A stretch of DNA of 63,967 nucleotides, the filler included, from Reticulomyxa filosa (taxonomy: Eukaryota > Protista > Foraminifera), in assembly GCA_000512085.1 (NCBI GenBank). It is 21 parts of 21 records of this genome, joined end to end, with 100 filler letters (N's around TTAATTAATTAA, not from the genome) between each part and the next. Parts side by side here need not be neighbours in the genome. Positions count along the whole stretch, not along the records: positions 44,954 to 54,510 come from ASPP01021180.1; positions 54,611 to 55,676 come from ASPP01048028.1; positions 55,777 to 61,491 come from ASPP01009930.1; positions 61,592 to 63,967 come from ASPP01027734.1; 17 more parts are not named here. One strand, given 5' to 3'. Position numbers and translations under genes: made by a program. Each line of letters starts with the position of its first letter. Position 1 is the first letter of the stretch. Positions 52,608 to 63,967 of this stretch are shown one piece after another. Below the pieces are notes generated by a model. The model ran no database searches, was not told where the DNA came from, and worked only from the letters and a program-made list of their open reading frames with translations.

Positions 52608-53286
52608 TTATTCACGCTCCAAAGGTTTTCCTTTTTGGTGAAATCCCACGAGGGCTTTTTTAAAGTTTTAAAAGGCGAGAAAAAACTCAGTTCAACACTT
52701 GTTAAAGAAAACTTGACTTATGTACAACAAAAAAAAAGAGAAAATAATATCAAAGCCAAACATTGTTTGCTAAATGAAATACAAAGTTCGTTTTATCAAA
52801 GGAAGTTACAACTAATTGAGACTTCAACTCCAATAAAATTACATTCAGCTTTCGCATTATTTGTTGTTTTTCCATTTTCCATTTGATTTTCAACATTTGA
52901 TAGTGGTAAATCTTTATGATTGCATTTTCTATGGTTAGTTTTACTTTTATTATTCTTAGCAGTTAACATAGTTATTTTTTTGGTTATGCATTATACAAAG
53001 TTTCATACAATAATTTTTTTATTTTAATTATTTATTTAAGTGATAATTTACACTAAATTCTCTCATAATATCCAGATCCTCACAAATTCTCCTTTTCAAA
53101 GTACCTTTTTTTGTATAATATTTTATTTTTCTTTCCTTCTTTGTCATAGCAACATAAAAATTTTCATTGATATAGCACACATGCTATTATTTACCCAGTA
53201 ACATTTTTTTCATTCATCAAAACGTCAAAAAAAATACCGGAAAGAGGGAAACCGAAACCACAATTGAGTTTTCTAAAATTGGGGCG

Positions 53287-54429
53287 ATGCTTCGACGAAG
53301 TTTACGTTCTTCATTATTCATCACCACTCCAAAAAAATGTTCTTTCAATATTTTAGTTGTCATCATTTGCCTATGGATAGTAGTTGGTTTTATGTGTTGG
53401 CTCATTCTTTTGAACAATAATGACGTCTCCTCTGCAAAGGCTGGATTAACTTTTTTGACAACTGGAAATAGTGGATGTGGTCACTCGTGCCAAATACTGC
53501 GAGTGCATGGACCAGATCCATACGCCGGATTTGGGACATTAATATTTTTGTATCCGATCAATTTTCTATTGTATGCAGAAAAGCACAATATGTATTTGTG
53601 GATTGATTACATGCCTTCTTTCAATGACAAGTATTACGATCCCGCCCATGGTAATAACATGTGGGAATATTGGATGGAGCCAATGATACCTCCGTTGGAT
53701 TGCAATTTTTGGATCTCAAAAATTGAAGTGTTAACAAAAGAGCAAATATTTCCAGGGATACATTATCGGTTCAAGGAAGGTGTACGTGCATGGTACTACG
53801 GAGATATCGAAAGAGAGAGATTTAAGGGCAAATATGAGATATATGATGAACAGTGGTATTATCAAAATCGTGTCAAAGCTTCGAATATTGTTACCAAGTA
53901 TTCGTTTCAAAATAAAATAAAATCACATATAATGCACGAGATTGACATCTTTTTTAATGAGCATCTGCGTGGCTACAAGCACATTTTGGGTGTGCACATG
54001 CGCGGAACGGACAAAGCTGCACACCGCCGAGCTATTTTGCCAGATGAATATATTCCTTATATCACTAATTTTATTGACTTTTTTGGCACCCAGCATACCA
54101 TGGTTTTTGTCGCCACTGACGATCTACTTTATGTTGAAATGCTGTTTCACAATTTGCAAACTCCATATAAAGATAAAATTGTTATGCAATCGAATATTAC
54201 AAGAGGCACTAAAGGAAGTGCTATCTTTGATTTAAAAGATATCAGCAAATATGAAATTGGAAAACAAGTTTTAACTGATATTATTTTATTGAGTCGATGC
54301 ACTTGGCTCGTCCATAGTGCCAGTGCAGTTTCAGAGGCTGCCATTTACAACAATATACACTTGCATAATCATAGTGTTCATTTGGAATATACCAAAAACA
54401 GACAAACCCCTTTTTGGTTCAAAAGTTGA
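53287..54429 (+). CDS. NodZ/GT23-like GDP-fucose-dependent fucosyltransferase, type II membrane, intronless
   Basis: N-terminal TM; AGFGT; NMWEYWMEP; LGVHMRGTDK; VFVATDD; DIILLSRC.WLVHSASAVS. Confidence 0.85.
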   Translation: MLRRSLRSSLFITTPKKCSFNILVVIICLWIVVGFMCWLILLNNNDVSSAKAGLTFLTTGNSGCGHSCQILRVHGPDPYAGFGTLIFLYPINFLLYAEKHNMYLWIDYMPSFNDKYYDPAHGNNMWEYWMEPMIPPLDCNFWISKIEVLTKEQIFPGIHYRFKEGVRAWYYGDIERERFKGKYEIYDEQWYYQNRVKASNIVTKYSFQNKIKSHIMHEIDIFFNEHLRGYKHILGVHMRGTDKAAHRRAILPDEYIPYITNFIDFFGTQHTMVFVATDDLLYVEMLFHNLQTPYKDKIVMQSNITRGTKGSAIFDLKDISKYEIGKQVLTDIILLSRCTWLVHSASAVSEAAIYNNIHLHNHSVHLEYTKNRQTPFWFKS

Positions 54430-55781
54430 ACTGTTCCTATTGTTTTTTCTTGCTGCTCATTTTTCTCTTTTTTTTTTTTGACAAGTAATGTCTCATTAAA
54501 AAAACATGAGNNNNNNNNNNNNNNNNNNNNNNNNNNNNNNNNNNNNNNNNNNNNTTAATTAATTAANNNNNNNNNNNNNNNNNNNNNNNNNNNNNNNNNN
54601 NNNNNNNNNNTGCTGTTAATTGCCATGTTTTTTTAGTTGTTGACCCCTTTTTCTCTTCTATCTATGTTTCTAAGTCAAAAGTGAGTAAAGAAAGTTGAGA
54701 CTTATTACGTGAAAACTCAATCTTCCAAAAAAAACAAAAATTAAATGTGTATTCACAATGTTGGCAGAAATTACAACAATACGTCAATCCTTTTCACTAC
54801 GCTATCACATCTCCACTAAATCACAGTTTGCCAAACTTTACTGCATTTATTTCGTCCTTTCGTCCCCATTTTTGTTTTTTTTGACACCTTGTGTTGCGTG
54901 GTAAAAACGAGTCGCTAAAGTGTGCTCATTTGTTGTTTTTGTTATTGCTGCTGTTGGAAACATGTTGTGGTCGTATATAAAGAATCAACGTTTCCTACTT
55001 CGTTGTATGAAAGCTAGTTCATGACGCGAAAACCCTTCCAAAAAAGTAAACGCCTTACCCTACGTAACGCTTGGTGTTCAAGTATATGAAGGGGATTGGT
55101 TTTTTTTTTTGTAAGTACAAATAAATTGACTGGAAAACTGAAGTATCAAGTATAATGTGCTTGTATCGTATGTGCATATTGATGTCTTTCAACAGCAATA
55201 TATTACTTGCAATTTAAAAAAAAAAGACTACTGATTTACAAAAATCTTTGTTGGATATGATTGGACAATCATGTTTACAGGTATAATGTAAGAATAAGAT
55301 GTCATCACTTCTGGATTTCATACATTATATTTTCAGATTATTATGTTGTATGTATTAACGATAATTTTACTGATTCTTCTATTATCAAAACTAAAAAAAT
55401 AAGCGTTTGAATCATTGCTACTCCAAAACTACAATATAGTTCAATTGTTATACCGTAGAAGTAATCATCACTTTTGTGCAAAAGCATTTCGTTATAGCTT
55501 CAATGGAAGCAAGACCATTTTTGGGGTGGCATAATGATTTTGGCAGGTGCGTCCAATTTCAAATTGAAATAAATCGAAGCCTATCACTTATTGAAGTGAA
55601 AACATTGTATATTATTTTAGTTTTTTTGTTCTTATTCAACAAGAAAAAATACAATTCTTTTTTTATTTTTTTTAATNNNNNNNNNNNNNNNNNNNNNNNN
55701 NNNNNNNNNNNNNNNNNNNNTTAATTAATTAANNNNNNNNNNNNNNNNNNNNNNNNNNNNNNNNNNNNNNNNNNNNTTTTT

Positions 55782-55820
<39 letters not shown>

Positions 55821-55892
55821 GATTTTACAAATTTTTTTAAATTAAAAAAAAAAAAAAAAAAAAATTTGAATGCGCTCGCATTTTCGCAAAAC

Positions 55893-56321
55893 TCGGAAAT
55901 TGCCAAGATTTGGCTTCAGCTTGCCTGCCAATATTTTGAGAGCGGTGGATTTGCCAATACCATTGGTTCCTACCAATCCCAACACTTGGCTTGCGCGGGG
56001 AATTGGCAGACGATGCAGTTTAAATGAGTTTGGACCGAAACGGTGGGTCGTACATGCCTCGAGGTTTTTTGGTAAGTTGATAATGGTTATGGCTTCGAAT
56101 GGACACTTCTTCGTGCAAATGTTACAACCAATGCACAATATTTCCGAAATCAGTGCAATTTTACTTGAGGGCTTCACGTCGATACACATTTTCCCTTGTC
56201 GGTTCACTGGACAGTTCTTTTTGCATTCTTGCTTACATTTTTTCGGCTTGCAACGATCCGCATTCACCACGGCTATCCTTGTTGTTGCTTCTTCTTCTTT
56301 TCGTTTGGTACCTTTCGACAT
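55893..56321 (-). CDS. ABCE1: ABCE1/RLI1 ribosome recycling ATPase, first exon
   Basis: [39 protein letters not shown] (4Fe-4S), [37 protein letters not shown]. Confidence 0.97.
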
Positions 56322-57369
56322 TTTCTTACTCCTTTTTTTTCAAGCACTTTTTTTGCTCTCCAAGATTTAAAATTTCTCCAAATTTTTTTTAAAGAAAGGG
56401 TCGGCACGGAGTTTTGGAAAACGTTTTTTACAAAAAAAAAAAGTCGAAAGCATGTGGGTCTTTTTTACACAAGCTGGATGGAAAAGGAATTTAAGCCTAT
56501 CTTTCCATGTAAAGGACACACTGTGCAATAGTAAAAGCTTTGCTCTTTTTGAATATGTCAAATCATCTACATTGCTATGTTAGTGTGGGAAGAGTGAGCG
56601 ACAAAGGCAATACGAAAGAAATTTTGTTCCGGAAATAAGTTCTCAGTAAAACAAAGTAAATTAAATAGAAACAATTCTCAAACAAGTGAAAGTGAAAAAG
56701 AAAATGTTTTAAGAGCCAAAATATTTATATCTTCCTAGTTGTGATAGTTGTAGTGTGTTATTATACATTAGATATTTTGAAAAGTAAATGTAGCAACTAT
56801 ACATTCGTTGATAAACCGCTTGCATAAATCTTCGTAAGTGAGATTTCCTTAATGCAATTTTGCATATTCTCTCGTATCATCCATAGTATTATGATAATAG
56901 CTACTTTAAATTTTGACAAATATAATATTTAATATATTATATAAACATATAAAAGCAATTTAAACAAATACACTGAAATAGTTACTGTGAAAATAATCGT
57001 AATTACATGACACTAAATGGTATATTTTATTTTGTCATTGTTTTGCTTTTATATTTTCTCTTTTCTTTGAGTTGTTTTATGGCGGATGAAAAAATCATTT
57101 TGTGAACCGGTTAAATATTTGACTGGAACAAAAAACGGGAAAGGATTTGCACAAAAAAAAGAAAAAAAAAGGGGGAGTATTTTTAAAAAGTCGGACATAG
57201 ATGATTTCACAAGTTCAATTGCAACCCCATCAAAGTTCATTTACTTTTTTGTCACACAATCACACTGAAACGGGAAAGACTAAAAAACAGACAAAAAAAA
57301 CAAACAAAAAAAGAAAAAAAAAAGCGAGTTAGCAAAGCAAAACCTGAGCGCGACAACGAATACAAAAGT

Positions 57370-58400
57370 ACGGAGCAGTGTGCCCCCAAGTAATTACGTA
57401 TGTTTCAAGTGCAACACACAAGGTCATTGGATCAAACATTGTCCCGCCAATGTCAATCCCAACCTTCAGCATGCAATCGACAAAATATATGTCCGAGCCA
57501 TCAATCAATCTTTCCCAAATCCATGCCGTAATAATAATAATAATAATAATATCAATGATTGTAATCCCTCTTTTTTTTTTTTTTTGTACATATATATATG
57601 TATACGTATACATATACACACATGTATAATGTATATAGCACAGTGAGTTATGTGTTTAGCAAAAATAATTTTTGCTTTTCACTTTTTTCCCCTCCTTTTT
57701 TTTTTAGTATTCTGATTCTTGCACTCAAATTAATATTACAGGTCGAGATGATGACGGCGAACTGGTAGATAACAGTCAATATATTTTGAGCGAAACTTGA
57801 ACAATATGCCTTTGTGGAGAAATGAAGAAATTTAGGACAATTGTTTTTTTTTAAAAAAAAAACAAAAACTTATTTGTGCTCATGACTGTGCAAATTTTCT
57901 TTTTTTTGTGAATTAAGAATAAGGTAAAATAAACTCTTGTTTTGTGTTATTGTTTGTTTTGTTGTTACTTCTCTTTTTCTTTTATTTTGTATAAGCCTTT
58001 TAACTACTTTTTTTTTTTTGGTGTTGCTCCTTTTCCAAAAAATAAAAAATAATGTGCACCCTCTCATACATAAGAAAAAATATTCCTGTCAGTTCCCAAA
58101 AAAAAAATAAAAATCAAAGCTCATCACAAGTTTTAATTCTTACCAATGCAAATTTTCAAATGTTGCAAAAACGTCACTCCATTCTGCTACCCTCTACCTT
58201 TTTTGAGGGCAGGAACATATATGTCCTCAGACAGACGTGCTATTTTACTCGTTTTTCTCAGTGTTTTTTTTTTGTTATAAGATATGATATTATTTAAAAC
58301 GTAGTGATGCCCAAGATGCCGAAATGTAAAAGTGTTCCAATAGTTTGGTGCCACAGCTTCACAAAAAAAATGGAGAGTGGGCGACAATTAAAATAAGCCA
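57370..58400 (+). pseudogene. zinc-knuckle protein (RBBP6/Mpe1-type CCHC), probably disrupted
   Basis: VPPSNYVCFKCNTQGHWIKHCPAN; flanking frames broken. Confidence 0.5.
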
Positions 58401-59439
58401 AAAGAATCCAAAAAGACAAAAAAAAAAGCAAACAAGTAAAACACATTAGAGGAAACAAAACAAGTCCTTTTGCTTGCCCTTTCTTTTTCTTTGATCTTTC
58501 TTTCAATCAAACGTTTTCACGTGACGAAGGTCCTTTTTTTAAAAAAAAACAGAAGCGTAGTACCTTGAGTTTATCTTGACTATAATATCTTGCTTTTTTT
58601 ATTTTATTGATTATGTCATACTTTCCTCACACCCACTCAGGTTAGACTTTATTGTAAATCTCTCAAAAGAAAAAAAATTACCAAAAAGAAATGGCTTTGC
58701 TAAGACAAAACCCGTGGCCATGAAATTGTGACTCAAGACAAAGACGTTGGACAGTTGAAAAGAGCACAAGAGAGTGGTCTAGCAAGCAGGGACAGTCACC
58801 ACCAAACAATAATAAATGGTGAGTCACTCTGCTTGTGGTATACGTGTGTTTCTGAAAGCAACGAACAAAAAAAAAGTTTGCACCGTACTGGAACAGCAAT
58901 TGCGACGAGACCATTAAAAAACAATGAGTATTGTATTTCTGGTGAAGAAAAGGAAATGTTGAACCATGTTTGTTTTTGATAAGACATACTACTGTGTGTT
59001 TACACAGTGAAAGAAACAACCCAACACAACAACTTTTGAATAGATGATGCAAAGTAGAGTGGATTGCAATTTTATTTTCCTACTTGAAAACGACGACCGA
59101 TTACATTTGCTCATTGGTTATAATACATATCCGTCCTTCTGTACATTTTTTTTTTTAAAGTTTGCACTTTCGATCATTTTTTATTGTTCTCACTTAAGTA
59201 TAAGAAAAAAAGAAGCGCAAAAAAAAAAACTTTTTTAAATAGATAAGGCCAGACTTAATGGGGGAATGCATTTGCAAGAAACAATAAAATGTCACATTGA
59301 AACGAATGATACTGCATTCAACTTAAAAAATTTGGTGAAAAGATAAAAACATTTTGTTTCAAAAGCTTGGCAAAAAAAAAAATAAATAATAATAAGTGAC
59401 TTTTTTTAAAAAAATAAAAATAGACTGAAAAAGAAATAA

Positions 59440-60485
59440 AGATAATAATTGAAAATTGGCTCCGATGTTCATTTGTTAATCGAGGATGGATTGATGATTT
59501 CAACAAGATTGTTGCCCGCTATGTTAAGTGGTTTGAAAGAGTGTTTAAATTTGTATTAAAAGACACTAGTCATTTATCATTTGTCATAAAAAAAAAAATA
59601 GGCGAGATTTTTTAGACAGTTGAAAGTTTTTATTGGACATAACGATAGTATAACAAGTACAAAATTTTCTCCAGACAGACAGAAAATTGCATCCTCTTCA
59701 TTTGAGGAACAGTTCGAATATGGGACACAGTGTCTGGAGATACAATTCAAAAATTGGAAGGACATTCACATTGGGTGTACAATGTGCAATTTTCTTACAA
59801 CGGCAGTTCCGTTTTGTCCTGTTCAAATGATAAAACAATTCGAATATGGGATGTGTCCTCTGGACAAGAGTTAAAAAAGTTAGATGGACACGAAGGCTGC
59901 GTGTTTGCAGCTCAATTTTCACCAGATGGCACAGTTGTTGCATCATGCTCTTATGACAGAACAATTCGATTATGGAATGTAACATCCGGACAAGAACTAA
60001 AAAGATTAAATGGACATTCCGATTTTGTTACTGATGTAAAATTCTCGTCTGATGGCAAACAGATTTTATCATCGTCTTTTGACAAAACTATTCGAATATG
60101 GGATGTAGAATCAGGCAACGTCTTACTCGAATTTCAAGGGCACGCCGATGGTGTAATTGGGGTTCAATTTTCACCTGATGGAAGCATTATCGCATCTTGT
60201 TCGAGAGACAAAACAATCCGGTTATGGAACACGAAATCAGGAAAAGAAATTCGGACAATTACAGGACATGCGGACTGGGTAAGAGAAGTACAGTTTTCTC
60301 CAGATGGACAAACAATTGTTTCGTGTTCTGATGATAAAACAGTTAGACTGTGGGACACTAAGTCTGGAAAGCTAATACAAAGATTAGATGGACATTCAAA
60401 TTTGGTGACAGGAATATGCTTTTCATCAGATGGCAATACGATGATTTCATCTTCTTATGATAAAAGCATTCGGTTGTGGGGATAA
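59440..60485 (+). CDS. WD40-repeat protein (7 repeats), one frameshift near 59706
   Basis: N-terminal IIENWLRCSFVNRGWIDDFNKIVARY; regular GH..V.FSPDG..S.S.DKTIR.W repeats. Confidence 0.92.
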
Positions 60486-60834
60486 AAAGGTGATATAACA
60501 AAAAAAAAAAGCTCACTTGTAAACAAAATTGAAAGGTTTGGTTGGAAACTTTCAGGTTAGTTTTAGGTAAAATTTGAACAAAAGTGACACATCTAAACCA
60601 AAAGATGGTTTAATTGTCAAAAACAGTTTCATTTTGCATATCACTTTCATGGACAATATTGGGAAATTTTCTTTAAGAAGAAAAACTGTGTGATAATGAA
60701 TATTACAGTTTAATTTGTTATGAGCAAACTAATTTTTTTTGAAGAATAAAAGATTAATAAATAAAGTTTGATTAACAGTGTTACCCGTTAAAAAAAAAAA
60801 ACTTGGTATAAAATTGAAATAAAGGCATAATAAC

Positions 60835-61490
60835 ATGCAAAAGATGCCCGATAAAAAAAAGACCGAAGAGATGATAAGTGACGTAACGTCCTGTTCGCAT
60901 AGATTGTCATGTTTGAATAAAGATTGGGTATTACAACTGAACCAAGAAAAGCAGGTCGAGCACTTGCTTTGTTCGGTTTGTGGACAAATTGCGAATACTC
61001 CTATGAGGTTGGATTGTCCGCAGCATGAACAGTCGAACAAAGTATTGATTGTTGGAAAAAATTGTCTAAAACAATATCTGAAGACCAACGATAATTGTTG
61101 TCCAATTGAGCATCACAGTAGTTGTCAATTTTCCAAATGCAAAGACGAACATAGCAAATTGGAGACTTGGTGGTGCTATGTCCACGTCAATGCCAACAAC
61201 AATTACAAGAATCTGGGATGAACGTGTGCAACTTCAAAGGTAAAATAAAAGACTTGAACGATCACTTGGAGAAGGCATGTCCTTTGAGATTAATGAATTG
61301 CTGGTTCAAACCATTTGGATGCAATCACACGTGTGCCAAAGATGATCTAAGCGATCACCTGACAGCACATATGCGCTCTCACTTTGATTTGGTGATGAAA
61401 TCCTTTCAATCAATGCAGCAAACTGTCCAAATTTGTCAAGTTCTATCGTTTGTGTTAACACATTGCTCGGAGAGACTTTTAATAAATTGA
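60835..61490 (+). pseudogene. RING + TRAF-type zinc-finger protein, frameshifted near 61150
   Basis: CLNKDWVLQLNQ..HLLCSVCGQIANTP..CPQH; IVGKNCLKQYL..CP; CPRQ..CNFKGKIKDLNDHLEKACPL..CWFKPFGC. Confidence 0.82.
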
Positions 61491-62846
61491 ANNNNNNNNN
61501 NNNNNNNNNNNNNNNNNNNNNNNNNNNNNNNNNNNTTAATTAATTAANNNNNNNNNNNNNNNNNNNNNNNNNNNNNNNNNNNNNNNNNNNNTTTGTTCAC
61601 GAAATTACAAAGTAAATAATAATAACAAATAGGTCCACACTGTTCGAACAAACAGCGAATTTTTTGCACAACAAATATCTGTGAAATCGTATCGTGCGAA
61701 TATAGACAATGACGCAAATAACAAGGATCACTTTGCTTTTTAGTTATTTAGCGTCAATTTCTCAAATCGCAGTCAACAAAACTATTCTCAAACACTAAAT
61801 ATGTTGGCTTATACTTTCCAAATGTTGTTTACATTTTGCATTTTGGAGTATTTAAAGTTTTTGGAAAATAGGATGAGTGTTAAAAGTCTCATTCTCAAAA
61901 TATTTTAAATTTTTTTTAAATGAAATGTTTGTATGAGCACCTGTAAACCAAGTGAATGAATTTGGAATACAAACGCAATTGTTGACTGTGCTGTAATAAA
62001 AGCAAAATGTCCAGAATTGTAGTACGATTGTGTTGTGTTCCAAAGTGCAAACAATTTGACTTAGGAGAACAAAAAAATATAGAAATAAGGCAAAAATAAT
62101 TGAAGCATTTTTTGCTTTTATAATAAAGCACAAATCATTGGAAATGTAAAATAAATGATTAAACACTTGGACATTATTTTTGAGAAAATAGAAAAATTTA
62201 AAATATAAAAAAAACTCTTGAAGCATTTGGCCAAAATAAAACATTAGCGTTCAAAAACTAATAATTCAACATTAACTTTGCACAGTAGAAAAATTCTTCA
62301 CCTTCTAACGCGAACGAAGAAAATAATAAAAATCTTTTTCATTTACAATATTTTCGCACAAAAGTAAAACAAAATCAGTCCAACAAGGAACAACAAGAGA
62401 ATTCTTCATAACGATCAATGTTTATGATTGCGACGTAAATGCATACATACATAATGTTTGAATTGTTTGTTTTAGTTTGAATAAGTATGAGCCATAATAA
62501 TCACTTTGAGAGAAAAGGATTAATATTGGGATTGAGAAAAAAATCCAAAAATAAATACAACAACAAGTTTTGTGCAACTCACTTTAATCAATTGTCAAAG
62601 AGTTGCTGCGTTTGTGTTCTAAGGCTCGTCCAGCACAATAATAAAATAAAATTTATTCATATCATTGGACATTTGAATGCACAAAGCCATCATTTGTTGT
62701 GGACGCTCAAAGCACGGCCGGCACTTTAACGAGTCAAGCTTCACCAGGCTCCAACAATGGCACTGGCCATACATTTCATCAGCAACACGATTATTATTAT
62801 CATTACTAGTCGCGATTGAAAGGAGGACAATGACTCACAAATGATG

Positions 62847-63131
62847 CTACTGTTCGATCAGGTCGTTAGCAATAGATATGACAAAGGCAAGCGTCTTGCT
62901 CGGTTCCATCTCTGCGCCAAACACAAATACACGGCCTTGGTGGTTACAACCGTGATCGACGGACAAGTCAGCGCCTTTTTCTTTTAATCTATTCTCCAAC
63001 AGATCGCTCACACCAATGTCGCCAAATGTGTATTGCGGCTTCGTTGCGTCAAACGCAAATCCTGGGTCTTCTATTCGCTTCCATGTCACTTGTGTGCAAT
63101 CCTTCTTCTTCATCTTTTTGTATGATGCCAT
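62847..63131 (-). pseudogene. possible AAA+ ATPase (CDC48/NVL-like) remnant
   Basis: PQYTFGDIG; removing one base from gga acc gag caa gac gct restores GTGKTLA, followed by SIANDL. Confidence 0.4.
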
Positions 63132-63967
63132 TTTGAGAATAATGTTTTTTGTTTATCTTTGCTAAAAAAAAGAAAAGGAAATTTCAAGACTACCTTTAGT
63201 CTCCACTTGCGGCCTCCAAGTGCTGCTGCAAGGTCAAAAAAGTTAATATTGACGAATGTCGAAACGAAAATGTTCGACAATATCTTAGTCCAGGCAGTCC
63301 ATACATTTTTGAAGATGCTTCAAAAGTTTACCATGTTTCTAATTATTTAGAAAAGGGGGTCGTCCCTTTAGTTGACGAATTTTAAATAAAATGCAAAAAA
63401 ACAACTATTTGCTTGTTTTCGTATTCTATTTGAAAAAATATTAATTCCTCCCAAAAAAATTGAGTTTGTTGCGTGTCTATTTTGATCAAAAGATAAAAAT
63501 GTGATATCATTTGTATTTTTATCATTATTTATCAATTTTATAACACAATGTCCACGTAATTGAATAGTACTTGGATAACAATTAATGTATTTATATTTGA
63601 TCTTTAAGAGTATGATAATGAATAACACTGTTCTTCTCTATAGCCTATACAAATGAGTGAATCATGCATTGACATTGAACAAGTGCATTAGATAAAGAAC
63701 ACAAAGTTACAAAGTCTTGCATTTGTTGTCTCAATTGATTTAATATTAAATTCAGCTATTTGGCTGTCAATGAAAATTTTTTTTAAAATAAATGCGATAA
63801 GAAGAAAAGTTGAACTGCAAGTGAAAAGGATTGCAGTCAACGCAATTTTAACAATATTAAAAAAAACTTTTTCAAATCAATTTTAGAAAACTCAGTCAAA
63901 ACTACTTTCTTTTTCTCTTTGAGCCATTCGTCTGTATAATTCGCCTCTTTGCTTCGAATATTTCCCA

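Larger units (their letters stand above)
2890..61591. other. 20 artificial 100-bp contig-joining spacers (N44-TTAATTAATTAA-N44) starting at 2890, 4623, 7715, 14712, 18939, 20354, 22138, 23538, 26031, 27234, 29168, 31147, 36277, 37776, 38919, 40332, 44854, 54511, 55677, 61492
   Basis: Identical N-run/six-frame-stop linker repeated 20 times; adjacency across spacers has no biological meaning. Confidence 0.98.

Noticed and set aside
55870-56531. Plus-strand ORFs overlapping ABCE1, and many similar short antisense ORFs across the window
   Set aside because: Shadow ORFs or low-complexity intron/intergenic translations rich in Phe, Lys and Ile
1-63967. tRNA, rRNA, snRNA genes or CRISPR arrays
   Set aside because: None recognisable by inspection

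Overview
This window is not contiguous DNA. It is 21 short AT-rich eukaryotic contigs joined by 20 artificial 100-bp spacers (N44-TTAATTAATTAA-N44, a six-frame stop linker). Gene families and homopolymer-rich introns point to a foraminiferan (Rhizaria), most likely Reticulomyxa filosa; this is inferred, not verified. Recognisable genes and fragments: ABCE1/RLI1, a frameshifted Rab escort protein, SPEF2, a MABP-DENN (DENND4-like) gene, a TFIIS_M-SPOC (PHF3/DIDO-like) gene, a small bZIP, an MFS transporter, a WS/DGAT-like protein with a substituted catalytic His, two probably secretory JmjC oxygenases (one head-to-head with a NodZ-like fucosyltransferase) and a NACHT-HEAT protein. There are also many amplified or decayed family members (WD40, Kelch, RING/TRAF, caspase-like, DEP-kinase, AAA). 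Mobile DNA includes a decayed CRE-like non-LTR retrotransposon and a foldback/MITE-like repeat family. The most striking recurring pattern is intron architecture: many predicted 3' splice sites lack a polypyrimidine tract and are preceded by A-runs or palindromes (e.g. T16-AATT-A16-G, and a perfect 50-bp palindrome), suggesting structure-assisted splicing.
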